A stretch of 64,000 nucleotides of DNA from Selaginella moellendorffii (taxonomy: Eukaryota > Plantae > Lycopodiophyta). Made by a program: the position numbers and the translations under genes. Positions within the stretch are counted from its first letter, which is position 1. Every line of letters starts with the position of its first letter. This document shows, piece after piece, positions 58,001 to 64,000 of this stretch. The stretch spans positions 294,680 through 358,679 of the forward strand of contig NW_003314281.1 of assembly GCF_000143415.4 (NCBI RefSeq), read 5' to 3'. The notes under the pieces are model-generated. The model did not search any database and had not been told where the DNA came from. It was given only the letters and a program-made list of their open reading frames with translations.

Positions 58001-61000
58001 GTGTGATACCTTGAGGTTATATTGGTGGGTTTATAAGAACCCCTTGCTAAGGGAATCCCATCGGAAATGGGAATGGTATAGCCTAACCTGGAAGGCATGT
58101 GGTAGAGTGTGGTGACCAAAACAATGATGGAATCGAAGGGCATAACCCAAGGTGGTTATGCCAGTTGGGAGTGGAGAATTAAGTGGGGGCTCGAGGGTGT
58201 TGTTGCTAGCAACCGTGATGTCTTAGAAAGTCTAAAATATGGAATTGTCCATGTTAGACTATATGGCAACTAGAAAGCTTGCGAAAAGGGAGGCCTTAGC
58301 AAGCTAAGGGACAGAGTTCCTTCAAAGTTCCCAAAGACAATTCTAGGTAGCTTAGTACCTAAAAAGCCAAGCATAAATGGTTCCTAAAGCGCGCAAAATC
58401 AGAGTGGCGCAGCATAAGCATGGTCTTGAAGCTGGCCATGAGGCGAGGCTATCAAAGTTGGGGAAGTGGTTCCCAAGTGTTCAAAGAGAGGGCTTTAAAC
58501 GAAAGTCGATGGTTAAGGACTTTCACGCTTATGCATGAACCATGTTATGGGGGCTGGATGACTTGCTAAGTGAGATTAGCAAGTCAGGGGACAAATCCCC
58601 TAGTTGAAGGTGCTAACTTCAAAAGGGGTGGCCCATGAGGCTGAGCATGGAGGAGTCCATGCATGATCACAGACTTGTCAAGTGAGAGGACTTAGCAGTG
58701 CGGAGGAACTAGGTTCCTAAGCTGTGATCTATAGCGCGCTTTAACTGTAAGTTGGTGCATCGGCGTGGGGAGTCACGCCAGGCATCTTGGATGATGCCTT
58801 TTGTAGATGCATATACGGAGGTTGGGTTCGAGTCCCAACCCTCTAGTGCTTGGGTTCGAGTCCCAAATCACTAGGGCATGGTGATGGTTTGGAATATAAG
58901 GACACTCATATTTCGGTGGTCATGGACTCTCAATGAAAAGATTGGCTTAGGCACACCGCCAAGTGAGGGATGCCCCAAAGTCGTGATGCACAGTTAGATT
59001 GCTTAGAGTGAAAGTTTGACATATCTAACTTGAACACTTTGGTGCAAAGGGCACCAAGGACGTGGTGAATGAGATGGGGACACCCAGTCTCAATTGCTAT
59101 GGATCCTTGGCCGGAAGGGCTAGCTTGGGCTCACCGCCAAGTGTGGGGGATGCCCCCGGGGTCATAGTCAACAACTTAGAAGGGTCTGGAAGACCTAGTT
59201 CCTATCGGTAGACCTATTAAGGGGTCAAGATGAGATCACTAGGTGATCTTGTGGCTAAACAAGGACAAGGTCTTTGTTTGGGTTAAGGGATATGATTCTT
59301 AGTTCAAAGTATTGATTTGAACTATTGATAATGGTGTGGCTTGGTCAAGGTGACCAAGTGGGAAGAGCACCTATGGGAAATGAGCTATGTCACTGCTATG
59401 GCATAGTAAGTCTGAGGAAAGTAGTCTCTAGAAGATATCCAAGGGAGGGTCTCAAAAGTTGGGCCGTGGATAGAGCTTACAACAGGAAATGTTAAAGAGA
59501 CGTACTAGGGGTGAACACCCTCTAGACTTGGCAAAAGCAAAGTGTTTGCTATGGAACTGAAAGGAAACCTCAAAAATGGAGGTAGCGATCCTATGTTGCT
59601 AGGTGTAACAATCAAGGATAGGAGCAAAAGACTAGTGGCTAAGAAAAGAGCTATGGGAATCATGGGAAAGAATCTAAATGGCAAAGTTAGGCCAAGAACA
59701 CTAATGTGTTAGGTGCTAACGGGTTGTGGGAAAAACAATATTTCCCCAAGGATGGATTCCCAACCACTCCAATTTGGCGAAAGTGGATGCTCCAAAGGGG
59801 GGAGCGATAAGGTAGCCAAATAATAGGGCCGTGGGCAGCCTTAGCACCAATTATGATAACTGGAACTTAGTGCCAAAGGTGGCATGATATCGAAGAGAGG
59901 ATGATGGTACCCTCAAATAAAGAACTTCCTAGGATAGGGAAGTGGAGTTGCACCATATGCAACGTAAGGTGTCGGAGACACCTAGGAAATTGACTCTAGT
60001 CAAAATTAAAAGTTCCAAAGTGCAAAGGTTAAGTCAATGGAATCTAAGACTACTCAAGAACCAGTAGTGGAATTGAGTTAGAGATGGTGTCTCTAATGGG
60101 TTTAGCGAGAACTGAACCAAAAAAAAAAAAAAAAAAGGGAGCAAACCACCCCAGGTGGCCGAATGAGTCTCTATATTGGAGAGACTATGCCCCTTATAGG
60201 ATGGACAAGGCATGGTGAACCTTCAAGGTCAAACCATAGACAAATATTGGCTAGGTGCCAAGGATGGAAATGGTAATACCTGCGAGTGTTACTTTATAAA
60301 AGGTTTACCGTTCGATGAGGACATCAAACTTCGTCTATGGGTGGTGGAGTTGTGAGACACAAATCCCTAAGCCCCAAAGTGGAGCCAAAAGAGTGCCACG
60401 TGGTAATGGCCGAAGCAAAAGCCAAACGAGCATAACACGTTTGGACTAAAAGGCTCCAACTTGAAAGGTCAAGAGCGGGAGTGGAACTCCCAACGGAGTG
60501 CTCAAGGAACAAGCATGAAGCGAGCAATAAGCGAGGCTCCAAAAAGGGACCCAAAAGGACCAACACATGACACGTGGGAGTGTCCAAGATGGAGTTCAAG
60601 ATGGACCTGAGTTGGAGTCCGAGGTGGAGTTCGAGATGGAGTCCGAGGTGGACCCAAGATGGAGTCCGAGATGGACCAATACAGAGTCCGAGATGGAGTC
60701 CGAGATGGACCCGAGATGGAGTCTGAGATGGACCCGAGATGGAGTCCAAAATGGAGTCCGAGATGGACTGAGACGGAGTCCGAGATGGAGTCCGAGATGG
60801 ACCCAAGATGGAGTCTGAAATGGAGTCCGAGATGAACTGAGACGGAGTCCGAGATGGAGTCCGAGATGGACCCGAGATGGAATCCGAGATGGAGTCCGAG
60901 AAGGACCCGAGATGGAGTTCGAGGTCAAGACCGAGACCGGGACCAAGACTGAGACTGGGACCGAGACCGCGACTGAGACCGAGACCGAGACTGAGACCGA

Positions 61001-62145
61001 GACCGAGACTGAGACCGAGCCCGAGCCCGAGTTCGAGTTTGAGAGGGTGAAAGCCCAAAGCATTCGTCTCCCAGACCCTGGGGGGTTTAGTGAGCTCCAA
61101 AAGTATAGTAAGGGGGAGGACTACAATAGAGCCAGTTTGGCCAGGAAAGGCCAGTTTGGCCCAGGAAGGCTAGACCAAGTTTTGGGTGATGAACTGACCA
61201 CTAGGAAGTCCAAGACTAGAGTGAATACGGACCGACAAGCGGGGTAGCTTGGTGAAGTGTTCAAGAGCCGGCTCTAATTCCCCCGAGAGATCGACTGGCT
61301 GATGCTCCTAGTCCAAGTGTGGGTGGCACTACCTACTTGGATACCTGGTGTAGCTCAATGGAACCTTGCTCTAAGCCCATGGCTAGAGCACCTAAAGGCG
61401 GAAGGTGGGGAGAGTACCCACGGGGCTCGCGTAGGGCCACGGTGTTCCGAAATGTTGTCCCGAAGTCCCAAATGGGGGAAAGGAGGAGGAATAGTCCTCT
61501 AGTGTAGTGACTACGGATATGGTCACATGGTGAGGAAGTCCCATAGGACAAGGGGACTTAATGGCCGGGCCTGCAGGCCTTGATCTAGTGGCAGTGTTGG
61601 TGAACATGGCCATTGACGGAAAAAGGACTTGGTAGGAACTGACAAAGGGATGTTGGGGAAGGCTATTCCCCATGTCTGTGGGCATCCTAAGGATGCTAAG
61701 GAGTGGATCTGGGATGACCACTCATGGACGGATGGCCAAGTCTTAGATAGACGGGATTGTGATATAAGTGGTATTGGACCATCAGTGCGGCAAAGGTGAA
61801 TGGGCAGCGCTAGCGAGTGCAGCACCTCCCAAGATTAACTCTTATTCAAGCCATGAAATTTGTTGTGGAGGTGCTATACAGACCACAACAAAACTATTTT
61901 ACATTATTAAGTGGCCTTAGCGTAACGGGCCAATATGTTAATGGTACCTTTGGGTGTCGGTCTTGGGACTGGACATGTGGAGCACTTGGACTAAGTGCAA
62001 GGGATGAGTGGCATGGATGCCATTCTCGGGACTAGCAAGTCCCAAGTCTTGAATTGGACTTAAGGAGGTTGTGAATGAGACTCCTCCAAGTGGTTAGAGG
62101 TGTGGTTAAGTGACTAAAGTAGAATAGAAAATTTAGTCGCTTACA
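55041..62145 (+). mobile_element. Second full-length family-C non-autonomous LTR element (5' LTR 55041-56934, 3' LTR 60351-62145) inserted in the family-B protease region
   Basis: Perfect TSD ACAAC, PBS ATTTGGTATCGGAG after 56934, PPT CTATGGGTGGTGGAGT before 60351. No intact ORF. Confidence 0.92.
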
Positions 62146-64000
62146 ACAACTTTACTAAGACTTTGGATATCATGTTGTGTGTAGCTCCTATATCAATCAT
62201 CACTTGGATTTAGTGTCTGCGGACAAAGTCTACCAGATACATCAACAGATCAGTGTTTGCATTGACTGTGAGAAAAACTTGAGGAAAGTAGTGAAAGTAA
62301 CTCACCTCCTCTTTCTCATAATTTTCATTGACCAACTCATTAACCACTTCAACTTCACCACCATCGTTTTCCCTTATGACATTAACCCGAGACTTTGTTT
62401 TATGCTTGTTGGGACATTCCAAGGACCTATATCCTCTCTCTCCACAATAGAAGCAATGACCCACACTACCTATTCCACTAGGAGTAAGTTTCGTAGGTTG
62501 CTACTGCTTGTACCCATCAGGAGGAGGAACAAAGGGCCTAGGACCAGAAAAAGTTGCTAGTGGTCGCCAACTAGCACCTTTGTTAACTATTGCTTATGAG
62601 CTTCTAGAGCGGAACTTTCCTTCTACCCTCTATTTCCAATCACCTTGTTTATTTTCAAAGTTCTTATTCTTGTCTGAAGTACCAGCATATAGCTGCTCAT
62701 ATTGTTCCATGAGCGAGTGATTAAAGGCAACTTGCTATGTTACCTCTTTACACTTTAGGAATGTCTTTGGCTTAAAGTTTAAAATCTCATTGCGAGAAAG
62801 TGAACTTAAACCTTATAAGAAATAACTTCAAGCATCTTTGTCACTCATACTTGTAATCATAATGCACTTCTGAGCAAATGCATCAATGTAATGCATAAGG
62901 TCCCCTTGTTACTTTAACTGCTGCAGCTTCATGCAAACTCTCAGATCAAGATAGTCTGGCAAGTATTCCTTACGGATACGAGATCACATCTTGGTCCAAC
63001 TTCTAGTCTGCACTTTTTCAACACACACCTGGCGCAACCAAGATTTGGCATGATTGGTGAGAAAGGATTATGCATGTGCAACTTTTGTACGATCATCTAT
63101 ATCTGCCGCTATGGAATAGTTTTACATATCGTAGATCCAATCTCTTAATAGTCCCACATGCCTTTGAAATTGGGTGGTTTCGAAGGCTTGAACTTTGAAA
63201 CTCGTGCAACTAGGGGCAATTGCGAAACTACATCATCCTCAAAACTTAAAGAGGAGTCTAGTAGCTTAGGTTTAGCTGGTTTAGCTGCCTTAACTTGTTT
63301 CTTCCTCTTTTTGTTCCCCTTCTTCAATTTGCAAACTTCCCTTTGCAAATTCTTGATTTCAACTTCTTGAGTTGTACATTGCAGTGTTACAACATTTGGC
63401 TCTTCATCCTTTGACTCAACCTTTGCCTCTTCTACAACATCTCTAGTAGGAGTTTCTTCCTCTCAATTCGCCCGTCTAGAGGTTTCAGCATCATCAACAC
63501 GGTTCTTTTTTACCATCTCACTAGTTGTATGCACGCCTCTATCAGTAATTGAACATGCATATAAAGTTCTTACTGAATGGTGCAATTCAACTAATCCTAC
63601 ACAGGTCACTTTGGATCTACTAGAAAAGTCTTTATGTATGCAACTTGAATCGGAAAATCCGACAAAAGTTGGATAGGAATTGCTGAGATAATCCCTTTGA
63701 TACCAAATATAGCATATTTGAATTTAGAGTTGAACTCCAAGCCTGTTAAGCTACAAAACAAGGGTTCAATATGACCTCATAAGCACCAACTCTTTGTATC
63801 TAGCATCTGTAAGCAAAACGGTGTCAAATGGTGTCTACCATGATTTTGGCATACTGGTGGCCAAACACAAGGAGTGTACTCCACTGATTAGAACAGCATA
63901 GTGCTTGGGCTTAAACCTAAGCCAAATGTAAAACATGGAGCAACACAACCCACCAAAAGTCAAACTAATGTCTTAGGTGGTCGGACATGCATTCCAACCA

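Larger units (their letters stand above)
47840..64000 (-). mobile_element. Decayed chromovirus-lineage Ty3/Gypsy element (family B): 5' LTR from 63708 off the window end, PBS 63693-63707, gag, PR, RT, RH, INT, chromodomain (about 49440-49590), PPT, 3' LTR 47840-48774
   Basis: CFYCGERGYRSLEC knuckle, MIDIGATHN protease, ELLDKGYIRPSKSPY..LNKIMVKNNYPLPCIDDLF RT, FEVHCDAS RH, AYHPQTDWQIE INT, EYEVKAIL..EYLVKWKGY..SIWEP chromodomain, PBS TTTGGTATCA, PPT complement CTTTCCCCCCTTGG. Confidence 0.85.

Noticed and set aside
58821-58866. tRNA genes
   Set aside because: Only T-arm/B-box hairpins; no acceptor, D or anticodon arms are evident.
55041-62145. Retrozyme (hammerhead-containing non-autonomous LTR element)
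   Set aside because: No CTGANGA...GAAA hammerhead core was noticed in the LTRs, and the element is far larger than typical retrozymes.

Overview
Repeat-dense plant nuclear DNA, most likely from a non-seed land plant (inferred from Cassandra TRIMs, a self-priming Tf1/Tcn1-type chromovirus, 53-54 nt introns and CCCTAAA repeats). It has three 100-N scaffold gaps. I recognise only one host gene, a Pollen Ole e 1/proline-rich extensin-like gene (7600-8496). The rest is nested transposons: a young chromovirus with an inverted duplication (1-3598), decayed Ty3/Gypsy elements, four Cassandra copies or solo LTRs, and a large non-autonomous LTR family with minisatellite-rich LTRs. The standout is a 10.3-kb DNA transposon (15909-26166) with 24-bp TIRs and an AATA TSD, inserted in a Gypsy pol gene. 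It encodes a Sola1-type DDD transposase and, divergently, an accessory protein of about 760 aa with a ParB/Srx-like domain and a possible degenerate amino-methyltransferase fold. It also carries about 20 dispersed copies of a 24-bp palindrome (AATGGCRTGWGGCCWCAYGCCATT), mostly in introns and intergenic DNA. This is a candidate ParB/parS-like, self-recognising system inside a plant transposon. All domain calls were made by eye from motifs, not database searches.
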